Below, piece after piece: positions 9,170 through 17,501 of a DNA stretch of 64,000 nucleotides. Both the position numbers and the translations under genes were made by a program. Under the pieces are notes generated by a model. It was not told the DNA's origin, did no database searches, and saw nothing but the letters and a program-made list of their open reading frames with translations. Source of the stretch: a bacterium (GTDB lineage: Bacteria; Verrucomicrobiota; Kiritimatiellia; CAIKKV01; CAITUY01); the NCBI GenBank assembly GCA_037143135.1, contig JBAWZH010000001.1, positions 9,553 through 73,552 on the forward strand. The letters are read 5' to 3'. How positions within the stretch are numbered: the first letter of the stretch is position 1; each line of letters opens with the position of its first letter.

Positions 9170-9652
9170 TCATCGCGGTCTGTACGTGCGGATAAAATTC
9201 ACCAGATCAGATCCTGTCTTGACGATGACGCGCTTTACCGAGCGTCCAAATGCAATTTGCGCATTCGGAAATACTAGAACCGATACGATCCAGGGTTTCC
9301 TCCTGAATAACTGCTCAGTTATGCTCCGTATCCACCGGATGCCCCGGTTGATCTGTGAAATGGGGTTGGAGGAAAAGCGATGGCGGTTGATTAAAAGATG
9401 TTTTCCGTCCCAGGTAACATTCCCCTCATGCGACTTGGTTTCAATGAGGAATATGATGCCATCGGGACGAACAACTACATGATCCAGATTGCCATAAGGA
9501 TATGGCACATTATTCAGTATGAGGCAACCATCTGAGAGAAGGGGTGTCAGCAACCTGCAGATTTCTTGTTCTGCCACCACCCATCGGGCGTTCTCTGTGC
9601 GACTTTCTCGATCATAAGTGGTTTTGCCACGGACGGTGTCTTTCTGAACCAT
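9170..9652 (-). CDS. NERD (nuclease-related) domain protein
   Basis: The core GNLDHVVVRPDGIIFLIETKSHEGNV matches the NERD D...E-x-K pattern. Confidence 0.6.
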   Translation of the reverse strand: MVQKDTVRGKTTYDRESRTENARWVVAEQEICRLLTPLLSDGCLILNNVPYPYGNLDHVVVRPDGIIFLIETKSHEGNVTWDGKHLLINRHRFSSNPISQINRGIRWIRSITEQLFRRKPWIVSVLVFPNAQIAFGRSVKRVIVKTGSDLVNFIRTYRPR

Positions 9653-9743
9653 TTCTCATGAAGGAATCATCTACTTATAAAACTTTCGGATAAACAATCA
9701 GCATACCGAAACATTCAAATACTCCCCTTCGCATCCCTACGGG

Positions 9744-10133
9744 ATGAGTGATTATCATTATCAAACAGGCCGACGGCCTGAGTACAAATCTCGCATGGAA
9801 CGCCAAATCGGGGATTACTTGGCCAGCCGTCGCATTCCTTTCATCTATGAAAAACCGACGGCTGTTATAGATTCAGGCAAACTTAAAGTCTGGTATCCCG
9901 ACTTTAGTCTCAAATATGGCCTGATCATTGAATATTTTGGCATTACCGGAGACCCCCAATATCTCGCTAGTGCCCGGCACAAGCTTCGCGTCTATCATGA
10001 GAACCAGTTCGACGTGATCCCGCTATACCCCGCAGACATCGTGCCTGAATGGGAAAACAACCTTATGCATCGAATGGACACGGTGCTGGAGGGGCGGCTT
10101 CAGGATATTCGGTCGTGCTCCTTGATCGGCTGA
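9744..10133 (+). CDS. Hypothetical protein, possible PD-(D/E)XK-fold nuclease-like
   Basis: The VWYPDFSLKYGLIIEYFG arrangement (PD ... E) is reminiscent of restriction-endonuclease-fold cores, but the Lys of ExK is not evident. Confidence 0.35.
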   Translation: MSDYHYQTGRRPEYKSRMERQIGDYLASRRIPFIYEKPTAVIDSGKLKVWYPDFSLKYGLIIEYFGITGDPQYLASARHKLRVYHENQFDVIPLYPADIVPEWENNLMHRMDTVLEGRLQDIRSCSLIG

Positions 10134-10272
10134 ATAATGTCTCCCGATTTATCCCCGAGCATCCCATAAACCACCCATTAAATCCCTCATCCACCCATAT
10201 ATCGGAACTCATGTTTTGTGAGATCGTATTTCTGGGGAAGAGAAAGGTTGAATAGCAAAAAGGAGAGACAAT

Positions 10273-10986
10273 ATGAACACAATCAAAGACGACTTTAAGC
10301 TTGGGGTAATGGAGACTATAGCGGCCTCTTTTAACGGCGCATTTGCAATGAATGACATAACAACACTCGAGGACGACAGCAGGCTTATTGTTCCGATTTG
10401 CGGCTTAATCGAAGCATGCCTGCCAGTGCCCACGTTGCACATCGTCGAACGACCGTCTCTCATTCTTATTGAGGCGCATGCATTGGCGGTTCTTGGATCC
10501 CCTGGCAGCCTAATGAACTGCGTTCCCCAGGAACTTCTAGCGTTCTTTTTAAACGAAAAGGATCTGAAGGAGGGCGATGAACGCCTGAAGCTTAGCGCCA
10601 TGATCCTGCGGATGTGCGCTAACACATATCTTTCAAGTGTGCGCACTCAAGACGAACTGCTTGCCTCCGTCATCCAAGCCTCGAATATCAACGCCATGAT
10701 CACTAAGGCGGTCAAGGATCCGCTCGACGGGGAAATTTATGTCTCGGCGTATGTCTTTAGTGATTTTCTTTGTATCCCAAAGGAAGTTGACATGGTAGCG
10801 CAGGGTGTCTTGGATCACGCCAGTCGCATTCGTAAATTCATCCAGATCATGCGTCGCATGGTGCTTCCCGACACTACAAGGTGGGAAGATCTTGCGGCCG
10901 CCTTGTTGGTAGCAAATTCTGCACAGGCGTCTAGCGGGGAAGCCACTCCTTCGTCTTCCAACTCGTCGCCTCGTGCCACTCTGTAG
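10273..10986 (+). CDS. Hypothetical protein
   Basis: 237-aa ORF preceded by AAAGGAGAGA. Its composition is more protein-like than the antisense ORFs 10209..10646 and 10633..11376. Confidence 0.45.
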   Translation: MNTIKDDFKLGVMETIAASFNGAFAMNDITTLEDDSRLIVPICGLIEACLPVPTLHIVERPSLILIEAHALAVLGSPGSLMNCVPQELLAFFLNEKDLKEGDERLKLSAMILRMCANTYLSSVRTQDELLASVIQASNINAMITKAVKDPLDGEIYVSAYVFSDFLCIPKEVDMVAQGVLDHASRIRKFIQIMRRMVLPDTTRWEDLAAALLVANSAQASSGEATPSSSNSSPRATL

Positions 10987-11017
10987 ATTGAAATGACAAA
11001 TATGAGGAGATGCAGCC

Positions 11018-11962
11018 GTGAAACCTCGAACTCCAGAAAGCGCAGGCATCGCTAAGTCAATTGCTCTCACCAGGAAACTGGCCTTATCCCAGTTCTCGGG
11101 CCAAAATGTTGCTATTGGTCCTGAGTTTCTGGCAGCAGGAATATTGAAATCTCTCCCTGATGGTGGCGAGTATTTGAAGAGTTGCGGCCTGGCGCATATC
11201 GCTACGTTTATGTCCAGTATGCCTGATGCTTTAGAGTCAGAAATGGACAAGGTTCCGCCATTACAAGTTACCGATGAACTGAATCTGCTGCTGAACAGCA
11301 AACTTAGCGGGTTTAAGGATGGAACGCTATCGGCTAAAGATGCTTTACGTATCCTTCTGGAAATTCCGGGCATCACTGATCGACTGGTAACGCTTTCTGA
11401 GGATATACAAAATAGGCAGAATCCGGTTATTGGTGAACGTGAAATAATGGCGAGGGTAACAAGGCTGTTTCAGTATGGTTACAGGCTAGCCCTGACGTAC
11501 TATTCTCCGGATTCGAAAATAGGCATCTCTGAATTCGCGACTGAACAACCGACTCAGTCTTTTCTTAAGGCCGCTGACGAGTATCGAAAGGAACGTGATG
11601 CCGTGCGCAGCATGATGTACAGCGGCCCCCGAAAACAAAAAATGTCCGCTTATGAACGATACATGCGTACCTATGGTCCCTTTACGGCTGATGTCGCCAC
11701 GGCGGTCGTTGTCAACGAGTTAACTCCTTATGTTTGTGATGGGTCGCTGATAACGGTGCGTGACATCGCTTACACGATTGCGCCTTATGATTACCACCGA
11801 ATGGCTGGCAAAGTAATTGAGGCGGTACAAACCTTGAAAAAGGATGCCCTTGTCCGCCTTTTCCCGGAGCCGGATTATTGTCAAATGTTCTCTGGCGTTC
11901 TGCCCACCGAGGCTCTGATCAGCGATTATACTCAATATCTTGGTAGATCGGCTGATTGGTAA
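11018..11962 (+). CDS. Hypothetical protein with Clp_N-like N-terminal repeats
   Basis: IGPEFLAAGILKSLPDGG and LSAKDALRILLEIPG resemble the paired helical repeats of Clp N-terminal domains. The rest is unrecognised. Confidence 0.4.
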   Translation: MKPRTPESAGIAKSIALTRKLALSQFSGQNVAIGPEFLAAGILKSLPDGGEYLKSCGLAHIATFMSSMPDALESEMDKVPPLQVTDELNLLLNSKLSGFKDGTLSAKDALRILLEIPGITDRLVTLSEDIQNRQNPVIGEREIMARVTRLFQYGYRLALTYYSPDSKIGISEFATEQPTQSFLKAADEYRKERDAVRSMMYSGPRKQKMSAYERYMRTYGPFTADVATAVVVNELTPYVCDGSLITVRDIAYTIAPYDYHRMAGKVIEAVQTLKKDALVRLFPEPDYCQMFSGVLPTEALISDYTQYLGRSADW

Positions 11963-12117
11963 CTCTGGTGGATGACGCGCGGAGGGTGGCCGGTGCTCGA
12001 CCATCCGGCACCCACGAACAAAAATGGCCAGCATGAAAAATCTTCGAGTGATTCATTTCAGGATTGGATGTTTATATGGTGTCGGACCTGACGAAAGCCA
12101 TGTTTGAGGGAAGCCGC

Positions 12118-12152
12118 CGACCCAGTCACCGATCTAGTCGAGCGACCCAGTC
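12118..12152 (+). promoter_or_regulatory. Direct repeat CGACCCAGTC x2 (25-bp period) upstream of the XRE gene; possible operator
   Basis: Exact 10-mers at 12118-12127 and 12143-12152. Confidence 0.25.
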
Positions 12153-12181
12153 GTGAGGTGAAATAAGGTTAGAAATAGTGC

Positions 12182-12211
12182 TTGACTCAGAAAGCGTACG
12201 CATCGTAAGCT
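12182..12211 (+). promoter_or_regulatory. Candidate sigma70-type promoter giving a near-leaderless XRE transcript
   Basis: TTGACT (12182-12187), an 18-nt spacer containing the palindrome GCGTACGC (12194-12201), then TAAGCT (12206-12211). The ATG is at 12218, only 6 nt after the -10 element. Confidence 0.3.
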
Positions 12212-12217
12212 GACAGC

Positions 12218-12571
12218 ATGAACGATTCATTAGGCAAACGAATACGTGAGCTTCGAGAAGCCAAGGATCTGTCGCTGAGAGATCTGGCTAAGAAGATTAA
12301 CGTTTCAGCTGCATTCCTGTCAGATGTTGAGTTAGAACGGCGTTATCCCTCCGAGGATAAGCTCTTGCTGCTTGCTACGGAACTTGGTGTCCCGACCGAG
12401 GATCTTCGGCGTTTCGACACGCGGGTGCCAGTGAAAGCTTTGCAGGAGGCATCCCGCCGAGACCCGACGGTAGGAATGGCACTTCGTTCCATTCTAAAAT
12501 CTGGAATCTCGTTCGATGAATTGAATGAGATCGCTCAGAAGAAAAAGGCGGAGGAGGTTGACGAAAAGTGA
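12218..12571 (+). CDS. capH: XRE-family HTH regulator (CapH-like, by context)
   Basis: LGKRIRELREAKDLSLRDLAKKINVSAAFLSDVELERRYPS is a classic XRE/Cro-C1 HTH. The stop overlaps the start of a downstream ImmA/IrrE peptidase, and a CBASS core follows. Confidence 0.75.
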   Translation: MNDSLGKRIRELREAKDLSLRDLAKKINVSAAFLSDVELERRYPSEDKLLLLATELGVPTEDLRRFDTRVPVKALQEASRRDPTVGMALRSILKSGISFDELNEIAQKKKAEEVDEK

Positions 12572-13284
12572 GAACACGCCGATCACAATCAGGTCCCTTC
12601 AAGGAAAAGGTCTATTATCGGGACAGTGATTTCGAGGGTATCTGTCTCGATGCCCTGAAAGCATCAGCCTGCCTCCCCGCTTCACCATCTCCGGTGAGGA
12701 TAGATCGGTTTGTCGAGAAGCATTTCGCTAGTCTCCAGTTTGCGGATCTCGGGCCGAACATCCTTGGTTGTACCGAATTCTCGGCTAAGGGCGTTAGTGC
12801 GATCCTCATATCCTCTTCCTTGGAAGAGGAGCCAGGAAAGCCTGCGGAACGTAGGCTCCGATCCACGATTGCCCACGAAGCTGGCCATGGATTGCTTCAT
12901 GCACATCTGTTTGCCGACTTGGCTGCGGCACAGGCGCAATCGCAATTCGCGGATTGGACGAACCCCTCGAAGCCGCGGATCTTGTGCCGCGAGATTGAGG
13001 GGCTGTCTCCGTCCGTGAGGGTATCTTCATATGCTGGCCGTTGGTGGGAGTATCAGGCAAATAGGTGTATTGGGTCGCTGCTACTTCCTCAGAAACTCTT
13101 CACAGAGGCGATCAGGCCATACGGCCAGATGAAAGGCATGTTGGGAACCCTCGTTGTGCCATCTGACAAACGGCAAGTCGCTGCTGAGGGCTTGGCCGAG
13201 GTGTTTGATGTAAACCCTGCTGCAGTTAGGATTCGGATGGATCAGCTTTTCCCAGAAACTCAGGAGAATCAGCTTTCACTGTGA
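12568..13284 (+). CDS. capP: ImmA/IrrE-family zinc metallopeptidase (CapP-like, by context)
   Basis: HExxH motif in STIAHEAGHGLLHAHLF. GTGA overlap with the XRE gene. Confidence 0.75.
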   Translation: MRTRRSQSGPFKEKVYYRDSDFEGICLDALKASACLPASPSPVRIDRFVEKHFASLQFADLGPNILGCTEFSAKGVSAILISSSLEEEPGKPAERRLRSTIAHEAGHGLLHAHLFADLAAAQAQSQFADWTNPSKPRILCREIEGLSPSVRVSSYAGRWWEYQANRCIGSLLLPQKLFTEAIRPYGQMKGMLGTLVVPSDKRQVAAEGLAEVFDVNPAAVRIRMDQLFPETQENQLSL

Positions 13285-13359
13285 TTTTTTTTGGATTTAG
13301 TGTCCGCTTTGTCGGCTGACACTGTTGTTGTGAGAATACGTAAACTAGGAGACTGAAGA

Positions 13360-13881
13360 ATGACAGACATGACAAATGAGCAGAAATTCCAGGTTCTGAT
13401 GGCCGAGTTGCAGGAACGATACGATTCGTCTCATAAGATCCGGGACCGAAGCACACAGTTCACCTTATGGATTTCAGGTATGGCGATTGGCCTATCGTGG
13501 TTGTTAGTCAGCGAAGCTGTGCTATCCACACTACAAAAAGTCGCGATCACATTGTTGACTCTCGCGCTCTATTTTGGGGCAGTCTTCTTGATTCGTGCCC
13601 TTCATAAGGGTGCCCACGCAAACCGTGAAGCCATGATCAGAACAGAACGGGCGCTAGGCATGTATGAAAAGGGACTGTATTTGCAAGACGTTACATTGCT
13701 TCCTACTCAATATGGGCACACCGTTCCAAAGTGGAGTCACGATTCATGTACGCTCCCAATCTGGTTGACGGTGGTAGCCGTTGCCTTACTGATCCTGACC
13801 TGGACAACCCCATGTTCTCGAAAACAACAGAGTGAATCAACACAACCGCAACAACAGACAGGAGTACACAACCATGGCTGA
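13360..13881 (+). CDS. Small multi-TM protein, candidate CBASS membrane effector
   Basis: It has three predicted TM helices (FTLWISGMAIGLSWLLV, VAITLLTLALYFGAVFLI, LPIWLTVVAVALLILTW). AGGAGA RBS. The 3' end overlaps the CD-NTase start by 8 nt. Confidence 0.5.
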   Translation: MTDMTNEQKFQVLMAELQERYDSSHKIRDRSTQFTLWISGMAIGLSWLLVSEAVLSTLQKVAITLLTLALYFGAVFLIRALHKGAHANREAMIRTERALGMYEKGLYLQDVTLLPTQYGHTVPKWSHDSCTLPIWLTVVAVALLILTWTTPCSRKQQSESTQPQQQTGVHNHG

Positions 13882-14863
13882 CCTACACAGTGAATTCGGA
13901 ACATTCCACGATAAAGTCGCTCTTTCCTCAAGCAAGAAGGCGTCTTTACGCACATCGCGAGACGCCATTCGTGACCGTATTCGCAAACACTTTATTGAGG
14001 TTCTGAAAGTCGATCCTCCAAAGTTCCATGCCCAGGGCTCATTTACCATGGTAACGACAATGAACCCGCTCGACGGCGAGTTCGACATCGACGATGGTGT
14101 TTACCTGCAACACTTGGATCCTCATGACAGCAGCAAATGGCCGACGCCTGAAACCGTCCATGGATGGATCATCGACGCTATTGATGATCATACGGATGAG
14201 AAGCCGATAGACAAGCGCACGTGTGTTCGTGTTCAGTACGCAGGGCAGTATCATGTGGACCTCCCATCCTATGCCAAACTGAATGGCGATTACATGCTGG
14301 CAGTCAAAGGAGATGCCGGTTGGCATCGCAGCGATCCAAAAGCTATCACCGACTGGTTCAAGAAGCGCGTGAAACAGAACGGTGAGCAATTTCGGCGCAT
14401 CGTGCGTTATCTGAAGGCATGGACTGACTACCAGTCTGGGAAGCGTGGTAAGATGCCGAATGGACTGATCATGACCGTTCTGGCATCAGACTGTTTCTGC
14501 GCGGATGCACGAGATGATGTGTCTCTGGCAAATACCGCCGCCGCCATCAAGCGTGCCGTCACACCAGTCTTCTGTGTTCGCAACCCAACTGACACCTCAG
14601 AGGAGATCACACGACGCTTGACAGATGAGCAAAAGAGTCGTTTCCAGGCGGCAATAACGGACTTAGCGGCAGATGGTGCGGCTGCCGTCGCGGAGAAAAG
14701 CAGGAAGAAGGCGTCGAAGCTATGGCAGGGGCAACTGGGTGATCGTTTTCCTCTAATTGATGAAGAGGATAGTAAAGATGAAGACCGAAAGAAAGAGGAT
14801 GCCAACCGACTGGCGGCGTTCTTCGTGTCCACGAAGCCCCCAAAGCCATGGGCATTCCAATGA
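13874..14863 (+). CDS. CD-NTase / SMODS-family cyclic oligonucleotide synthase
   Basis: Pol-beta NTase core QGSFTMVTTMNPLDGEFDIDDGVYL (GS ... DxD). The N-terminal helix pattern (FHDKVALSSSKKASLRTSRDAIRDRIRKHF) is typical of CD-NTases. ATG 13874 has AGGAG upstream; the ORF-track start is 13832. Confidence 0.75.
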   Translation: MADLHSEFGTFHDKVALSSSKKASLRTSRDAIRDRIRKHFIEVLKVDPPKFHAQGSFTMVTTMNPLDGEFDIDDGVYLQHLDPHDSSKWPTPETVHGWIIDAIDDHTDEKPIDKRTCVRVQYAGQYHVDLPSYAKLNGDYMLAVKGDAGWHRSDPKAITDWFKKRVKQNGEQFRRIVRYLKAWTDYQSGKRGKMPNGLIMTVLASDCFCADARDDVSLANTAAAIKRAVTPVFCVRNPTDTSEEITRRLTDEQKSRFQAAITDLAADGAAAVAEKSRKKASKLWQGQLGDRFPLIDEEDSKDEDRKKEDANRLAAFFVSTKPPKPWAFQ

Positions 14864-15672
14864 CTGCCTGGTACCAGATCAACCAGCGGCTCTTTCGGAA
14901 GGAAAAGGCGGCACTAGAAACTGCTCAGCCAGGCATGAGCCTCGAAATACGAGAAACTGGTTTCAGGATCAATCGGGAGCTCAGTCTTAAACGGGAATGC
15001 GCTGTCGCCGCTGGCGTCTTCAGCCTCAAAGCTCCTGGGACGGGAGTCTATGACTATCGGATCGCCGTGCTCCCGCCGGATAACTACCCTGCATCTCCGT
15101 GCATAGTCTTCTGCGATGATCCACGATTACCGATCGGCAACATCGATCGTCACATTCTCTCCGATGGACAGGCATGCCTGGCGGTTCCTGGGGATCTTTG
15201 GCATCGCTGGAGGCCTGAAGACGGCATCGTCGGTTTTCTTGATGAATTCGTTGCGCCATTTCTGGCATGGCAGGTGTACTACGATGCACATGGGTGTCCG
15301 CCTCCTTGGGGACAGCGGGCTCATGGTCTCCTGGGCATAACCGAGTACTACACGGAAGTCTTGGGCATTCCAGCCGAATCCAACATTACCGCATTCATTC
15401 CGCTCATTGCCCGGAAGAATCCCCCACAAGGCCACGAAACATGCCCTTGTGGCTCAGGACTCCGTCTCCGGCATTGCCATATTAAAGAATTAAGAGAAGC
15501 TCGATCACGGATCCCCTGGCAGGCCGCAAAGCAGGATCTCTCCGCCGTATCTCGGATCGTGGGAAACAGGAACAATGGCAATAAACAACCTGGCTCACTC
15601 GCTTCAATAAAGGTGTCTAGTTTTGCAGAATCAAGATCAATGTCCACAACCGTCGCCGCAGGCGAAGGCTGA
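14860..15672 (+). CDS. Prokaryotic E2-like (UBC-fold) protein with C-terminal SEC-C zinc motif
   Basis: IDRHILSDGQACLAVPGD matches the E2 H-x-N/D ... G-x-x-C-L catalytic-Cys loop. C-terminal CPCGSGLRLRHCH is a SEC-C motif. ATG 14860 overlaps the CD-NTase stop (ATGA); the alternative start is 14848. Confidence 0.6.
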   Translation: MTAWYQINQRLFRKEKAALETAQPGMSLEIRETGFRINRELSLKRECAVAAGVFSLKAPGTGVYDYRIAVLPPDNYPASPCIVFCDDPRLPIGNIDRHILSDGQACLAVPGDLWHRWRPEDGIVGFLDEFVAPFLAWQVYYDAHGCPPPWGQRAHGLLGITEYYTEVLGIPAESNITAFIPLIARKNPPQGHETCPCGSGLRLRHCHIKELREARSRIPWQAAKQDLSAVSRIVGNRNNGNKQPGSLASIKVSSFAESRSMSTTVAAGEG

Positions 15673-15689
15673 ATCAGGACCGAAAGGAG

Positions 15690-15911
15690 GTGAAAAATAT
15701 GGCGAAAGATGCAGAAGGTATGCGGGGCTATCGGTCTCGGAACGAAAACGGTCACTTACGTGACACCCGAGATGATAAGCATGTCGGCACTCTGGAGAAG
15801 CAGTACAATCGTGACTTCGGGGTTCGGAAAGACATGCATGTTGGCACTCTCTTGAAGGAAACTGGAAAGGCGTCAGTCAATGACCTTGTTCACAGTAATA
15901 TCGGCAAGTAG
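15690..15911 (+). CDS. Small basic hypothetical protein with an internal repeat
   Basis: 73-aa ORF with AAAGGAGG just upstream. DKHVGTLEK and DMHVGTLLK are repeated 21 aa apart. Confidence 0.35.
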   Translation: MKNMAKDAEGMRGYRSRNENGHLRDTRDDKHVGTLEKQYNRDFGVRKDMHVGTLLKETGKASVNDLVHSNIGK

Positions 15912-15926
15912 TAGTGACCACCCGGG

Positions 15927-15977
15927 GAACACGCGCTAAGTCTAATGGGAGGCCCATAACCGGCGCGTGTTCTTTTT
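15927..15977 (+). terminator. Rho-independent terminator candidate closing the CBASS operon
   Basis: GAACACGCGC (15927-15936) pairs with GCGCGTGTTC (15963-15972) and is followed by TTTTT. The loop contains an inner TGGG-AGG-CCCA hairpin. Confidence 0.45.
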
Positions 15978-16006
15978 CCATAGCCCAATCATTCTTTCGT
16001 CCGTCC

Positions 16007-16480
16007 TTATTTGCGTATAAAGAATATGAGGCCCAGCAGAATGGCCATGCCAACAATGGCAACTCCGATAGATAAGAAGTTCCGTGGAGCGACACCTTCT
16101 CTCCTCATTAACAGCCGCCACCCTTGCTCGTATTCAACATATTTTCGCATCACTGGTCCCGGATCAGGGCCGAGTGATGAAACAAAGACAGTGCATGATT
16201 GAGCCATGATATCTCTTTGTCTTCTGTCTCCCGCCAGATGAGACCATGCTGAAATAAACGAGGATGCCAGCATGTATCGGTGCATTAAGGATAGCTCATC
16301 GAGAGAAAGGGACATCGAGCGCGACCAATCAGAATCAGTTGCCGTGCTTGCCCCCTCAATAAATGCTCTTAATCCATTCGTGTAGACCAAAGCTATCGCG
16401 GGCGGATGTCTATTAATTGCCTGTTCCTGTTGATCTGTGAGCTCTGCTATATGCTGAAGTGATTTTTGCTTCTCAGTCAT
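16007..16480 (-). CDS. Hypothetical protein with C-terminal TM anchor, coupled to the PLD nuclease
   Basis: Its start overlaps the PLD gene stop by 4 nt. C-terminal helix FLSIGVAIVGMAILLGLIFFI. Confidence 0.5.
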   Translation of the reverse strand: MTEKQKSLQHIAELTDQQEQAINRHPPAIALVYTNGLRAFIEGASTATDSDWSRSMSLSLDELSLMHRYMLASSFISAWSHLAGDRRQRDIMAQSCTVFVSSLGPDPGPVMRKYVEYEQGWRLLMRREGVAPRNFLSIGVAIVGMAILLGLIFFIRK

Positions 16481-17010
16481 TTTCCCTCGTAAATATCAGA
16501 ATGAGCTGCATGAGTTTTCCAGTTCTTAAGATACTTCTCTGCTAGAGTCGGATCCCTAATTACAAGGATGTTTTCAGCGTTATTACTTTCCGCCGCCTTG
16601 GTAAAGTTAAAACTCCCGGTGATCACAATATTTTCATCAATGACTATGACCTTGTTATGGGCAATGGCGTGCTGGGCATCTATCATCGTTTCGATCCCTG
16701 AGTGAGCAAAGAAGTCTGCCGAAGAATATTTCCCGGTTCGTTGGCTCTTGTCCAAAATAACGCTTACCTTAACACCCTGCTTATGGGCATTCAGGAGCGC
16801 CTTCGCGATGGTATCGGATGTGAATGAGTATGCCTGCACATGGATGGTGGTTCGTGCCTTTGCTATCTCAGCGACGATGGCTGCAGTACACCCGCCCTGC
16901 GGTGAGAAATAGACCGCCCAGGCCGGGTTTGTGCCGTTTGCCCAGACCGGGCCTGATAGTAGAGCAGCTAAGCAGACTGCAAAAAGCGATGAAAATCTAG
17001 ACCCAGTCAT
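16477..17010 (-). CDS. Secreted phospholipase-D-family endonuclease (Nuc-like)
   Basis: Signal peptide MTGSRFSSLFAVCLAALLSGPVWA. Single HKD motif HNKVIVIDENIVITGSFNFTKAAESNNAEN. The size (177 aa) is typical of Nuc. Confidence 0.8.
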   Translation of the reverse strand: MTGSRFSSLFAVCLAALLSGPVWANGTNPAWAVYFSPQGGCTAAIVAEIAKARTTIHVQAYSFTSDTIAKALLNAHKQGVKVSVILDKSQRTGKYSSADFFAHSGIETMIDAQHAIAHNKVIVIDENIVITGSFNFTKAAESNNAENILVIRDPTLAEKYLKNWKTHAAHSDIYEGK

Positions 17011-17269
17011 GCAGGGACATTAGCACCGTTCCTTCGTAATGAAAACCGTGATGACGAGCTGATGGAAGCGCATATGCCGGAAAAGGGTAAAATCCACCGC
17101 CAGAAACGGGGTTTACCCTCTTGATTGACAGCAGCAATCGTGTCGCCGACAGGTGAAAACTAGACAGAATATACCATGGTCTTGACATCTGGAGGCACCT
17201 AAGTTACAAGATTCAACTAGAGCAACGGCGAATAACTGTGATTCGATTGCGTCATTGAGGTTCACTGCA

Positions 17270-17500
17270 ATGCCACATGAAAAACAGATCAAGCATGATG
17301 ATGTATTGAACGCTGACGAGGCTTCCACCTGGCTTAAAATCCCTAAGTCCACCCTCTACAAGTTATGTAGCGAAGGTGAACTGCCGGCCGCAAAGGTGGG
17401 GCGTCATTGGCGATTCCACCGGGAAACGCTTGAGCAATGGTTGTTAGAGAAGACTCAGCGCCCCCAGGCCGATGACCCAGAAGCCAATTCAGAGGAATAA
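17270..17500 (+). CDS. Excisionase/MerR-superfamily HTH DNA-binding protein
   Basis: LNADEASTWLKIPKSTLYKLCSEGELPAAKVGRHWRFHRETLEQWL matches the excisionase-family HTH. ATG 17270 chosen; the ORF track uses TTG 17255. Confidence 0.7.
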   Translation: MPHEKQIKHDDVLNADEASTWLKIPKSTLYKLCSEGELPAAKVGRHWRFHRETLEQWLLEKTQRPQADDPEANSEE

Positions 17501-17501
17501 T

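Noticed and set aside
10209-11376. Minus-strand ORFs 10209..10646 and 10633..11376 as the real genes instead of the plus-strand pair
   Set aside because: The minus-strand products are S/R-rich and low in complexity. The plus-strand ORFs have RBS-like sequences and protein-like composition. This rests on composition alone and remains uncertain.
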